Source: Bacteroidaceae bacterium | GTDB taxonomy: Bacteria; Bacteroidota; Bacteroidia; Bacteroidales; Bacteroidaceae | Assembly: GCA_017940185.1 (NCBI GenBank) | Contig: JAGAZE010000036.1 | Location: 11,308-75,307 of the forward strand | DNA: 64,000 nucleotides | Direction of reading: 5' to 3' | Shown: positions 29,554 to 39,096 of the stretch, piece after piece | Layout: the number at the start of each line of letters is the position of its first letter | How positions within the stretch are numbered: position 1 is the first letter of the stretch | Made by a program: the position numbers and the translations under genes | The notes under the pieces: model-generated | The model's input: only the letters and a program-made list of their open reading frames with translations | Database searches by the model: none | Told to the model about the DNA's origin: nothing

Positions 29554-30165
29554 TTGATTACCAACAAACACATACTGATAGGTGCTAAGGTGATGAGCAT
29601 GTTGTTCACCCCTTTTTATCTTCCCATTGTAGGGTTGATGGTTTTGTTTTTGTTTAGCTATTTGTCGTTGCTTCCCTGGGCGTACAAGTGTCAGGTGGCG
29701 TTGTTGGTGTACATCTTCACCGTTTTGGCGCCTACACTGCTCATCCGACTGTATCGCCATGCTCAGGGATGGACGCACATAGAGATGCTTCGGCGGCAAC
29801 ACCGTATAGTGCCTTACATCATCACGATTGTGCTCTACTTTGTGTGCTACTACATTCTTCGCGCCTTGCATGCACCACATTTCATCACTTCCATACTGAT
29901 TGCTGCGCTGCTCATACAGATACTATGTGCGTTGATCAATGTGTGGTGGAAGATTTCGACTCACACCGCCGCCGTAGGAGCCTTTGCCGGTGGGCTTATT
30001 GCCTTTGCTTTCCGATTGCAATTCAACCCTACCACGTGGCTCGCCATCACTTTGATTGTGGCAGGTCTGGTGGGTTGTAGCCGCATCATTCTGAGGCAAC
30101 ACTCTCTCACACAGGTAGTGGCAGGATTTTTCCTTGGCATGATATGTGCATATAGTGTATGCTGA
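29554..30165 (+). CDS. PAP2-superfamily-like membrane protein
   Basis: About 6 TM segments; WWKISTH and SRIILRQHSLTQV motifs; TTG start. Confidence 0.75.
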   Translation: MITNKHILIGAKVMSMLFTPFYLPIVGLMVLFLFSYLSLLPWAYKCQVALLVYIFTVLAPTLLIRLYRHAQGWTHIEMLRRQHRIVPYIITIVLYFVCYYILRALHAPHFITSILIAALLIQILCALINVWWKISTHTAAVGAFAGGLIAFAFRLQFNPTTWLAITLIVAGLVGCSRIILRQHSLTQVVAGFFLGMICAYSVC

Positions 30166-30195
30166 AAATTTAGGGATTTTCCGAGTGTTGCCTAA

Positions 30196-30458
30196 TTGCA
30201 GTGTGATTGGGGAACAGTTGCAGTGTGATTGGGGAACAGTTGCAATGTGATTGGGGAACAGTTGCAGTGTGATTGGGGAACAGTTGCAGTGTAATTGGGG
30301 AACAGTTGCAGTGTGATTGGGGAACAGTTGCAGTGTGATTGGGGAACAGTTGCAGTGTGATTGGGGAACAGTTGCAGTGTGATTGGGGAACAGTTGCAGT
30401 GTGATTGGGGAACAGTTGCAGTGTGATTGGGGAACAGTTGCAGCGTGATTGGGGAACA
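30196..30458. repeat. 22-bp tandem repeat x12 (ttgcagtgtgattggggaacag), VNTR
   Basis: ggggaaca recurs every 22 nt from 30209 to 30451; three internal single-base variants; no spacers. Confidence 0.97.
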
Positions 30459-30462
30459 TTCT

Positions 30463-30514
30463 CACCATCAAAAAAAAGGTTCCATCGAGTGATGGAACCT
30501 TTTTTTTGATGGTG
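30463..30514. terminator. Bidirectional terminator with perfect 24-bp arms
   Basis: caccatcaaaaaaaaggttccatc-gagt-gatggaaccttttttttgatggtg between convergent genes. Confidence 0.9.
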
Positions 30515-30520
30515 TATTGT

Positions 30521-32029
30521 TTAATTCTTTATATATTCCGCGAAGTCTGTGAGGTGCATGTCTCCTTTTCTAGCCAGTGTGTCGTGGAATGCGAGTGCTG
30601 CTGTGAGGTTGTGTTGTGTGTGTCCTCCGTTGGCAATTTTGAGATAGTCCCACAGCAATTGTTTGTAGTCAGGGTGTGCGCAGTTTTCAATGATGAGTTG
30701 TGCGCGCTGCATGGGGCTTTTTCCTCTGAGGTCGGCAACTCCCTGTTCGGTTACGATGACGTTGACATCGTGTTCTGAGTGGTCTTGGTGTGACACGAAG
30801 GGCACGATGGATGATATAAGTCCGTTTTTAGCTGTTGACGGACAGGTGAAGATTGATATGTATGCATTGCGTTCGAAGTCTCCTGATCCGCCTATTCCGT
30901 TCATCATCTTTGTTCCGGAGATGTGTGTGGAGTTTGCATTGCCGTAGATGTCAACTTCTATGGCAGTGTTGATGGCTATGACTCCGAGTCGTCGTATTAC
31001 TTCGGGATTGTTGCTTATTTCTGCGGGTCGTATGGTGAGGTGGTCTTTGAAGTGGTCCATATTGTCGTACACCTGCATGAGGCATTCGTTGGTCACGCTA
31101 AGTGAGCATGTGGACGCGTCTTTCACTCGTCCGTGCAGCATCATATCGATGACGGCATCCTGTATTACCTCGGTATATACGTTGAAGTCGGGCACGTTTT
31201 TGTCTTTTCCGAGCGCTGCGAGTATGGCATTGGCTGTTGTTCCCACTCCGCTTTGCAGCGGCAGGAATGTGGATGGTATGATGCCCCGGTGCATGTCGTT
31301 GACGAGAAATTCGGCTACGGAGTGTCCTATGGTGTCGGTTACCGGGTCGCTGCCTTTGAATCCGCGTGCTTCGTCGGGTATGTTGCATTCCACGACGCCT
31401 ACTATCTTCTCACGCGGTATTTCGATATAGGGAGTGCCGATGCGGTCACCCACGTGTGTGATGGGTATGGGCTGGCGCATGGGCGGGTCGGCAGGTTCAT
31501 ACATGTCTTGTATGAGTTTGGCATTGGGGTTGTGGAAGTGGTTGAGTTCGAGTATCACTCGTTTTGCCATGCGTGCTGCTGTGGGTGCTATGCCTCCGGC
31601 TGCTGTCATGTATGCGCGGCATGTGGTTTCACCCTCCTCAATGTCGCAGCATTCGAGTATGGCCCAGTCCATTTCTCCGAAAAATCCGTAGCGCATTTCC
31701 TGTGCCATGTGGCTCAGGTGGATATCATTGTATGCTATTTCTCCAGCGTTGACACTTTTGCGGAAGTCTCCGTTGGTGGTATAGGGTGCCCGGTATCTGA
31801 TGGCTTTGGCGCGTGCGAGCACTCCGTCGGTGCTCTCTCCTGTCGACGCTCCGGTGAATATCCCCACCTGGAAGGGTCGCCCTGCGGCGTGTTCGGTCTC
31901 TGCTATGGCGGCGAGTTCGCGGGTGACCGCCTTCGGGGCTCCTGCAGGCGTGAATCCTGAGAGGGCAATGTTGGCGTTGTGCTTGATGAGTGAGGCGGCT
32001 TCTTGAGCCGTCATTCTGTTGTAGGACAT
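30521..32029 (-). CDS. Succinate CoA-transferase (acetyl-CoA hydrolase/transferase family)
   Basis: SGFTPAG, TGASTG, LQSGVG, YTEVIQD, MNGIGGSGDFERNA, VTEQGVADLRG; TACCTTTG at 32076-32083. Confidence 0.92.
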   Translation of the reverse strand: MSYNRMTAQEAASLIKHNANIALSGFTPAGAPKAVTRELAAIAETEHAAGRPFQVGIFTGASTGESTDGVLARAKAIRYRAPYTTNGDFRKSVNAGEIAYNDIHLSHMAQEMRYGFFGEMDWAILECCDIEEGETTCRAYMTAAGGIAPTAARMAKRVILELNHFHNPNAKLIQDMYEPADPPMRQPIPITHVGDRIGTPYIEIPREKIVGVVECNIPDEARGFKGSDPVTDTIGHSVAEFLVNDMHRGIIPSTFLPLQSGVGTTANAILAALGKDKNVPDFNVYTEVIQDAVIDMMLHGRVKDASTCSLSVTNECLMQVYDNMDHFKDHLTIRPAEISNNPEVIRRLGVIAINTAIEVDIYGNANSTHISGTKMMNGIGGSGDFERNAYISIFTCPSTAKNGLISSIVPFVSHQDHSEHDVNVIVTEQGVADLRGKSPMQRAQLIIENCAHPDYKQLLWDYLKIANGGHTQHNLTAALAFHDTLARKGDMHLTDFAEYIKN

Positions 32030-32109
32030 GGTATTTGGTTGTTTAGTCGTTTGGTTGTTTGATTGTTCAGGTGTGCAAAGGTAGGGATAATTTGTAATTC
32101 TACAAGTAT

Positions 32110-33105
32110 TTATTTTATTTCCAACATTCTCTCTATAGGTTTTACAGCCTGGTGTGCGAGTTGTTTATCAAGATCCACATACGGATATTCGTATTTGAGT
32201 GTGTTGTAGAGTTTGTGCATGGAGTTCATTTTCATATACTCGCATTCGTTGCAGTGGCATCCTGTTGTTGCTTCGCTTATTTCGGGGGGCACCGGATAGA
32301 ACATTGCATTGGGGCATTGCTGTTGCATTTGGTGGAGTATGCCTGCTTCGGTAGCAATGATGAATTCCTTTTGTCGGGGATGCTGTGTGACGTATTGCAA
32401 CAGCACTGCTGTTGACCCTACTACGTCGGCTGCTGCGAGGATGTGTGCTTTGCATTCTGGGTGTGCGAGCACTTTGGCCTGGGGGTGTTGTTGTTTCAGG
32501 TTGATGAGTGCTTTGATGCTGAATCGTTCGTGGACATGGCATCCGCCATGCCATAGTGTCATTTGTCGTCCTGTAAGGCTATTGATGTATGCGCCCAGGT
32601 TGTAGTCGGGTGCGAAGAGTATCTTTTCATTTTCGGGCATACTTTGCACCACTTTGAGTGCATTGCCGCTGGTGCACACTATATCGGTAAGTGCTTTTAC
32701 CGCTGCTGTGGTGTTGACATAGCTTACTACTTTATAGTCGGGGTGTTGTTGTTTCCACTCTTTGAGTTGCTGTGCGTTGCAGCTGTCGGCGAGTGAGCAT
32801 CCGGCGTTGTTGTCGGGCAGCAGTACGAGTTTGTCGGGGCAGAGCAGTTTGCATGTTTCGGCCATGAAATGTACTCCGCACATTACGATGATGTCGGCCT
32901 TTGTTTGTGCTGCCTGGCGTGCCAGCGCCAGTGAGTCGCCCACGAAGTCGGCGACTTGCTGTATGGCGCTGTCGACATAGTAGTGTGCCAATATCACTGC
33001 GTTCTTCTCTTCACACAGTGCTCGTATGGCTTTATGCAGGTCTATATTGTCGGGTATGGCTTCGTCGATATATCCCTGTTGTATCCATTGCTGTTTCGGT
33101 TTCAT
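32110..33105 (-). CDS. nadA: Quinolinate synthase
   Basis: ILAHYY, VGDSLAL, CGVHFMAE, AGCSLA, YVNT, CHVH, AHPEC, CEYMK. Confidence 0.95.
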   Translation of the reverse strand: MKPKQQWIQQGYIDEAIPDNIDLHKAIRALCEEKNAVILAHYYVDSAIQQVADFVGDSLALARQAAQTKADIIVMCGVHFMAETCKLLCPDKLVLLPDNNAGCSLADSCNAQQLKEWKQQHPDYKVVSYVNTTAAVKALTDIVCTSGNALKVVQSMPENEKILFAPDYNLGAYINSLTGRQMTLWHGGCHVHERFSIKALINLKQQHPQAKVLAHPECKAHILAAADVVGSTAVLLQYVTQHPRQKEFIIATEAGILHQMQQQCPNAMFYPVPPEISEATTGCHCNECEYMKMNSMHKLYNTLKYEYPYVDLDKQLAHQAVKPIERMLEIK

Positions 33106-33423
33106 ATATGTATAGGTTGTTTTCTTTTTATTTTTAGTTTTTCAATGATGTATTATATATGGCTGCGGAAAAGTGGATAAATCTGTGTTGTCTGTATGTT
33201 ATTGTCTGATATTGATATGTTTACGTTGTGTAGTGTGTTTGTGGAAAAGTTGGTAACAACCCCTGATGTTATGTTTTGTTTTCCCCTTTGTGTGATGTTT
33301 GGCTGCTGTTGTGTGTGGAAAAGCGGTGAGTTTTCCACTATTTTTTCCACACTTTTTGTGGATAGGTTGTTTAGGGGTAGAATTATCACCTTGTGAGCTA
33401 TATATAATAGTGGTGTGTTGGTG
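33106..33423. other. oriC: Probable chromosomal replication origin (DnaA-box cluster + AT-rich tract)
   Basis: TTTTCCACA at 33240(-), 33314(-) and 33343(+); near-consensus TTATCCACT 33172(-), TTTTCCACT 33331(+), CTATCCACA 33357(-); AT-rich 33108-33160. Confidence 0.72.
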
Positions 33424-34239
33424 TTATTTTTTTATGATAGCTGTTGCTGCGCTGCGCAGTCCTTTGCTTTGTATGAGGAATGCCTTTGCGCTTCCGAAGC
33501 TCATGTTGAAATCTATTCTGACGGGCAGGTGGTTGTTGTCGTCGCTGATGTAGAGTGTGGCAATTTTTTTGAATCGTCCTTTTTTTGCTTCGTAGAGTGC
33601 AAAGTCGAGCACTATTGTTCGCCATTGTTTTCCGTCGTCGGTCTTCACGTTCTGTTTTCCTTGGCATGTGAGTGTAGCCTTTTTTATTCCTTTTCCGTCG
33701 GCAGACTTGAGTTGCATGCTTTTTCCTTTTTTCCAGCTTCCGAAGTTGATACTTCGTGCGCGCATGAACAGGTTGAGCATGTCGGTGAAGCATTCAGTGC
33801 CTGTTTCGGTGTGATAGGTATTGGTTCCATCGTTGTTGAGTCGTCGTGTTTTGATATGACTTCTGCCTCCGGGATAAGAATACCACACTTCGTCGACGGT
33901 GTATCGTTTTCCCTCTTTGGCGCCTTTGCGGAAGTAGAGTGGTGTGAGGTTGGTTGTGGCATATGCGAGCAGCGTGTCGCGCATAACGAAGATGTTGTCC
34001 ATTTTTCCGTTGCTTTGTGTGGTAAGGCTGCATCGGTAGGCCTGTTTGCCTTGGTAGACGGTTTGTACTGTCGACATGGTGGCGGTGCCGACTTTCACCC
34101 ACACGAGTTTCCAATTGAAGTGTAGGTTATACAACAGATATTCTCCCGACTTGAATGCCGTGTTGGCATAGGTGCATTGAGCCTGTGTGTTGTGTGCCAG
34201 GGTGGTGAGTAAGAGTAGTAGGAAGAAGATTTTTTTCAT
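33424..34239 (-). CDS. DUF3108 family exported protein
   Basis: Signal peptide MKKIFFLL..AQ; AFKSGEYLLYNLHFNW, FVMRDT, SDDNNHLPVRID..FGSAKA. Confidence 0.82.
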   Translation of the reverse strand: MKKIFFLLLLLTTLAHNTQAQCTYANTAFKSGEYLLYNLHFNWKLVWVKVGTATMSTVQTVYQGKQAYRCSLTTQSNGKMDNIFVMRDTLLAYATTNLTPLYFRKGAKEGKRYTVDEVWYSYPGGRSHIKTRRLNNDGTNTYHTETGTECFTDMLNLFMRARSINFGSWKKGKSMQLKSADGKGIKKATLTCQGKQNVKTDDGKQWRTIVLDFALYEAKKGRFKKIATLYISDDNNHLPVRIDFNMSFGSAKAFLIQSKGLRSAATAIIKK

Positions 34240-34268
34240 TGTAGTGTTTTTATGGATGATGGGTGTTA

Positions 34269-35723
34269 TCAGTTGTCTTTCCAGAAAGAACGTGAGAAGA
34301 GCAGCAGCACGGAGAAAATCTCCAGACGTCCGATGAGCATGAGGAGTGAGCACATCCATTTGACGATGTCGGGCAATGTTGCCCACGACATTTCCGGTCC
34401 TATCTGTGTGCCTAGTGTCGGACCCACATTGCTGATGCAGCTCAAGGATATGGTGATGGCGTTGGTGTTGTCGATACCCATGGCTATCATGAGTGTGGAT
34501 GTGAAGAGACATGCGAGCACGAAGACTGCAAAGAAAGCCATGAGAGTGTTGGTTTGCGTGGTTGTGATGGTGTGTTGGTTGATTTTCACGGGCAGCACTG
34601 CCTTAGGGTGCAGTATTTGGTGGAATGAGTTGCGTATGATTTTCCACACCATCAGTGCCCTAATGCTTTTGAATCCGCCACTGGTAGAGCCTGCGCAGGC
34701 TCCGATGAACATCAGTATTGCCAAGAATACCCACGACAGATGGTGCCATTGTGCCACGTCGTCGCTGAAAAGGCCAGTGGTGGTGATAAATGATACTACT
34801 TGGAACAGCGAACTGCGGAAGGCGTGCTCTATGTTGTAATGATTGTTGACAATGAGCATCACTGTAATCACTGCTGTGAAACTGCAAACGAGAAGCAGAT
34901 AGAACTTCAGTTCGGAATTGCTGAACATGCCTTTGAATTTTCCTTTGAAGAAGGTGAGATAGAGCAGTGTGAAGTTGATGCCGCTGAGAAACTGGAAGAA
35001 TGCTCCTGCATATTCGAGTGCAGGTGAGTTGTAGAATTCTATGCTGTCGTTGTGAGTTGCGAATCCTCCTGTTGCGGTTGTTGTCATGGCATGGTTGATG
35101 CCATCGAAGATATTCATGCCGGCAATGCAGAATGTGACTGCGCACGCTGCCGTGAGCAGCAGATAGATGCTCCATATGCGTTTGGCCGTGGTGGAGAGTC
35201 GTGGATGCAGTTTGGTGCGTATAGGTCCTGTGGCTTCTGCGGCAAAGATGCGCACGCTGCCTCCCACCATTGATGGCAGCACTGCGATGGTGAAGAACAC
35301 GATACCGAGTCCGCCTATCCATTGTGAGAGTGATCGCCAGAAGAGTATGCCGTGTGGCATGCTGTCGACATCATTGATGACGGTGGCTCCCGTGGTGGTA
35401 AATCCCGACATTGTTTCAAAGAATGCGTCGGTGATGTTGGGCAGATAGCCGCCCACGATGAATGGTATGCTGCCAAATAGGCTGAACACCAACCACAACA
35501 CCGTTACTATCAGGTAGGCATCTTTTCGTGTCATGCCTCCTTTTGCCTCTCGGCCCTCCCATCGCAGCAGTGCCCCTACGGATGCCGTGATCACCACGCC
35601 AGTCACGAAGGCGAGCGTGTCGCTCTCGCCATACCATAACGACACAGCGAGACACCATGTCATGAAGAAGGCTTCAAGAAAAAGCAAACTGCCTACTACC
35701 CTGTATAGAAGATATCTGTTCAT
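34269..35723 (-). CDS. trkH: Trk potassium uptake permease
   Basis: FETMSGFTTTG, QWIGGLG, ATGGF, GSTSGG, NVGP, IGRLEI. Confidence 0.95.
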   Translation of the reverse strand: MNRYLLYRVVGSLLFLEAFFMTWCLAVSLWYGESDTLAFVTGVVITASVGALLRWEGREAKGGMTRKDAYLIVTVLWLVFSLFGSIPFIVGGYLPNITDAFFETMSGFTTTGATVINDVDSMPHGILFWRSLSQWIGGLGIVFFTIAVLPSMVGGSVRIFAAEATGPIRTKLHPRLSTTAKRIWSIYLLLTAACAVTFCIAGMNIFDGINHAMTTTATGGFATHNDSIEFYNSPALEYAGAFFQFLSGINFTLLYLTFFKGKFKGMFSNSELKFYLLLVCSFTAVITVMLIVNNHYNIEHAFRSSLFQVVSFITTTGLFSDDVAQWHHLSWVFLAILMFIGACAGSTSGGFKSIRALMVWKIIRNSFHQILHPKAVLPVKINQHTITTTQTNTLMAFFAVFVLACLFTSTLMIAMGIDNTNAITISLSCISNVGPTLGTQIGPEMSWATLPDIVKWMCSLLMLIGRLEIFSVLLLFSRSFWKDN

Positions 35724-35761
35724 GTTGGAGGCAAAGTTCAGTGAGAGTAGGTGTTGTGTGT

Positions 35762-37105
35762 TTATTTGAAGAAGGTTTCCAGTTTTTTGATATTCACGTC
35801 GTGACAGAAGAGCACTACAGTGTCGCCTGCTTCTATCTGTGTGCCGCCGGAGACGAGCATGCCTTCGCCGTGTCGCACCAGTCCGCCTATGGTGGCACCC
35901 TGGGGCAGACCCAGTTCGAACACACGCTTGCGCGTCACCTTACTTCCCTGATGAGCATTAAACTCTATCACGTCGGCACTTGCCGTCATCAGGAAGCGTA
36001 TGTTTTGCACATCCTCGTCCAACATCATCTGATAGATGTGTGATGCGGTGATGGTCTTTCGGTTTACTATGGTGCCGATGTCGAGTTCTTCTGCGGTGCT
36101 CACATAGTCGATGTTTTCGACCATTGCAGCCGTCTTTCTCACGCCAAAGCGCTTTGCTGTGAGGCACGCCAGAATGTTGGTTTCGGCATTGCCTGTCACA
36201 GCCACAAAGGCTTGTGTGTTGCCTATGCTCTCTTCGGTGAGCAGTGGTATGTCGCGTCCGTCGCCATTGATTACCATGACACGGTCGGTGTCCAATATGT
36301 CGTTGAGATAGTCGCAGCGCTCAGCATTGGTTTCTATCACCTTGGCCTGCATATAGTCGGGCAGCAGTTTGCACAGGCGTACGGCAGTCTTTCCGCCTCC
36401 CATAATCATCACGTTGCGCACGTCGACATAGTGTTCCTTCCCTACCAGTCGGCGGATGTAGGGTATGTATTGTTTAGTGGTCATGAAGTATGCCAGATCG
36501 TAGAGTTCCAGACTGTCGTTACCTCCTGGAATGATGGTATCTTTTCGGCGTTTGATGGCCACCACGTGATAGGGGTCGTCGGGTCCGCAGAGTTCCTTTA
36601 GCGGCCGGTTGAGTATGGTGCATCCCTCGCGCAGCTTGATGCCCAGCATCACCAGTGCGCCGCCGTGCACGTCCCAGCGCTGACGCACCCAACTCATGCG
36701 CAATCCGTTCGCTATGTTCTGTGCTGCCAGCATCTCGGGATATATCAGCGAGTCGATGCCCAAGGCGTTGAACAGCTGCTTTCCTTCCTGGCTTATATAT
36801 TCGTGGTTGTCGATGCGTGCCACGGTGCGCTTGGCTCCTAGCCGTCGCGCCAGCATGCATGCCGTGAGGTTTTGGTGTTCGAAGGGTGTCACGCCGATGA
36901 AGAGGGCAGCATGTGCCACGTCGGCTTCTTTCAGGGCACTGATATCTGTCACCTCGCCTTGGAGCGACATGATATCGTATTCGGCGCCCACGCTGTCAAG
37001 ACGCGCCACATCATTGTCTATCAATACAATATCCTGATTGTTACGCGACAGCAGTCGGGCCAGGTGTCTGCCGATGTCGTAAGCGCCGGCTATTACAATC
37101 TTCAT
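35762..37105 (-). CDS. trkA: Trk potassium uptake NAD-binding subunit
   Basis: MKIVIAGAYDIG, second Rossmann motif IMGGGK, two RCK domains (447 aa). Confidence 0.95.
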   Translation of the reverse strand: MKIVIAGAYDIGRHLARLLSRNNQDIVLIDNDVARLDSVGAEYDIMSLQGEVTDISALKEADVAHAALFIGVTPFEHQNLTACMLARRLGAKRTVARIDNHEYISQEGKQLFNALGIDSLIYPEMLAAQNIANGLRMSWVRQRWDVHGGALVMLGIKLREGCTILNRPLKELCGPDDPYHVVAIKRRKDTIIPGGNDSLELYDLAYFMTTKQYIPYIRRLVGKEHYVDVRNVMIMGGGKTAVRLCKLLPDYMQAKVIETNAERCDYLNDILDTDRVMVINGDGRDIPLLTEESIGNTQAFVAVTGNAETNILACLTAKRFGVRKTAAMVENIDYVSTAEELDIGTIVNRKTITASHIYQMMLDEDVQNIRFLMTASADVIEFNAHQGSKVTRKRVFELGLPQGATIGGLVRHGEGMLVSGGTQIEAGDTVVLFCHDVNIKKLETFFK

Positions 37106-37119
37106 AGGGAGAGAGGGGG

Positions 37120-39003
37120 TTATAAATGGAGTAGTTTTTTCAGTTGCTCTACTATTGCTGATGCATCGAGCCCGGTCAGGTGTTTGAGTTCTGCTACTGT
37201 GCCATGCTCCACAAAATGGTCGCTGATGCCCATGCGTGTAATGGTGCCTTTGTAGGCGTTGTCGGTGAGCCATTCTGTCACAGCACTGCCAAGGCCACCG
37301 CTGCGGCAACCGTCTTCTATTGTCACGATGTGCCGGCACGCAAGCACCTTAGTCAGAATGGTGGTGTCCAGGGGCTTGACGAAGCGCATGTCGTAGTGTG
37401 CCACGCGCAGGCTCTCTTCCTCGCTGAGCATGGCAAGCGCTTTCTGCACGTCAATACCCGTGGAGCCTATGGACATGACGGCAATGTGTTCGCCCTCTTT
37501 CAGACAGCGTCCTGTGCCTATCGGCATATCTTCTAAGTTGCATTGCCAGTTGTCGCATCCGCAATATCCGCGCGGATAGCGTATCACCCATGGCCCGTCG
37601 GCATGCAACTGTGCGGTATACATCATGCGTCGCAGTTCGCTGCCGTCCATGGGTGCGGCAATGGTGAGTCCGGGTATGGGGCGCAGGGCCGCCATGTCGA
37701 ACATTCCGTGGTGTGTGGCACCGTCTTCGCCCACGAGTCCTGCACGGTCCATGCAGATCACCACGGGCAGGTGCAGCAGGCATACGTCGTGTATGATATT
37801 GTCGTAGGCGCGCTGGGCAAAGGCGCTGTAGATAGCGCAGAATGGCACCATTCCCTCCTTGGCCAGTCCGGCGCTGAAGGTCACGGCATGTCCTTCGGCG
37901 ATGCCCACGTCGTAGGTGCGTTCGGGAAAGGCATCAACCATGCGCTGCATGCCGGTGCCGGAGAGCATGGCAGCCGAGACGCCCACGATGCGTGGGTTGT
38001 GCTCGGCCAGTTCCACCAGCGTGGCGCCAAACACGTCTTGGAAGCGTGGTCCATTGCCCGACGTCTCCTTGCGCTTGCCGCTCGCCACGTCGTAGCGTCC
38101 TGGTGCGTGCCACACGCTGCCTCCCTCCTCTGCAGGCTTGTAGCCCTTGCCTTTCACGGTGTGCAGATGCACAAGCTTCGGACCCTTCATGTCTTTCACA
38201 CGCGACAAGATGTCGACCAAACTTTCTACATCGTGTCCGTCAAATGGCCCGAAGTAGCGTATGTTCATGCCAGCAAAGAGATTTTGTCCGCCGCCGAGCA
38301 ATCCCTTCAGAGCGTTTCCCATACGTATGATTCGTCCGCGGCGTACTACGTTGAGTTGGCCGCGGCGTCGCATCCAGCGCGACACACGGTCGCGAAAGCG
38401 GTTGTAGCCACGGCCCGTATTGAGCGACACGAGCATGCGGCGCAGTCCGCCCACGCTCTTGTCTATCGACATGTCGTTGTCGTTGATGACGATGAGCAGG
38501 TTGTTGTCGGTGCCAGCCACGTTGTTCATACCCTCAAAGGCCAGTCCGCCGCTCATCGCACCATCGCCGATCACCACCGCCACATGGTGCTGAAGGCCCA
38601 TGCCGATGTCCAAACCCAGAGCAGCGCTGATGCTGTTGGAGGCATGACCGCACACAAAGCTGTCGTAGTCGCTCTCCACAGGAGTGGGGAAGGGGTGCAG
38701 ACCGCCAAGTTTGCGATTGGTGTTGAACACGTCGCGACGACCTGTCAATATCTTATGTCCGTAAGCCTGATGACCTACATCCCACACTATCTTGTCGGTA
38801 GGTGTGTCGAGCACGTAGTGCAGTGCCACGGTAAGTTCCACCGCACCCAGACTGGAGGCGAGATGGCCAGGGTTCTCACTGCATTCACACACAATGTCGT
38901 CGCGCAACTCTTGGCAAAGTTGCGGCAACTGTGATTTATCCAGTCGTCGAAGGTCGGCAGGGCTGTCGACAGATTGTAGCAGGGGATAGTGCTTGTGAGC
39001 CAT
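37120..39003 (-). CDS. dxs: 1-deoxy-D-xylulose-5-phosphate synthase
   Basis: GHLASSLG, WDVGHQAY, GDGAMSGG, DVGIAEGH, DRAGLVGEDGATH; start MAHKHYPLL. Confidence 0.95.
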   Translation of the reverse strand: MAHKHYPLLQSVDSPADLRRLDKSQLPQLCQELRDDIVCECSENPGHLASSLGAVELTVALHYVLDTPTDKIVWDVGHQAYGHKILTGRRDVFNTNRKLGGLHPFPTPVESDYDSFVCGHASNSISAALGLDIGMGLQHHVAVVIGDGAMSGGLAFEGMNNVAGTDNNLLIVINDNDMSIDKSVGGLRRMLVSLNTGRGYNRFRDRVSRWMRRRGQLNVVRRGRIIRMGNALKGLLGGGQNLFAGMNIRYFGPFDGHDVESLVDILSRVKDMKGPKLVHLHTVKGKGYKPAEEGGSVWHAPGRYDVASGKRKETSGNGPRFQDVFGATLVELAEHNPRIVGVSAAMLSGTGMQRMVDAFPERTYDVGIAEGHAVTFSAGLAKEGMVPFCAIYSAFAQRAYDNIIHDVCLLHLPVVICMDRAGLVGEDGATHHGMFDMAALRPIPGLTIAAPMDGSELRRMMYTAQLHADGPWVIRYPRGYCGCDNWQCNLEDMPIGTGRCLKEGEHIAVMSIGSTGIDVQKALAMLSEEESLRVAHYDMRFVKPLDTTILTKVLACRHIVTIEDGCRSGGLGSAVTEWLTDNAYKGTITRMGISDHFVEHGTVAELKHLTGLDASAIVEQLKKLLHL

Positions 39004-39011
39004 TACGCCGG

Positions 39012-39088
39012 CAAAGGTAGCATGTAAACCGCAAATGTGGAAAAAAACTCGCTTTCTTTCGCTCTTTCGCTCCACTTAATTATCTTTG
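39012..39088. promoter_or_regulatory. Divergent -7 promoter elements
   Basis: TACCTTTG (minus, 39012-39019) and TATCTTTG (plus, 39081-39088), each 8 nt from its ATG. Confidence 0.7.
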
Positions 39089-39096
39089 CACACACC

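Noticed and set aside
30196-30458. CRISPR array
   Set aside because: Units are contiguous with no unique spacers, and there are no cas genes
29923-30471. 182-aa repetitive minus-strand ORF
   Set aside because: Translation of the 22-bp tandem repeat; also antisense to a real gene
33424-39075. Extended starts of DUF3108 (34512), trkA (37339), dxs (39075) and the SDR (39037); likewise etfA (8268) and LOG (56435)
   Set aside because: They overlap upstream genes or promoters; family homology and signal peptides begin at the downstream ATGs
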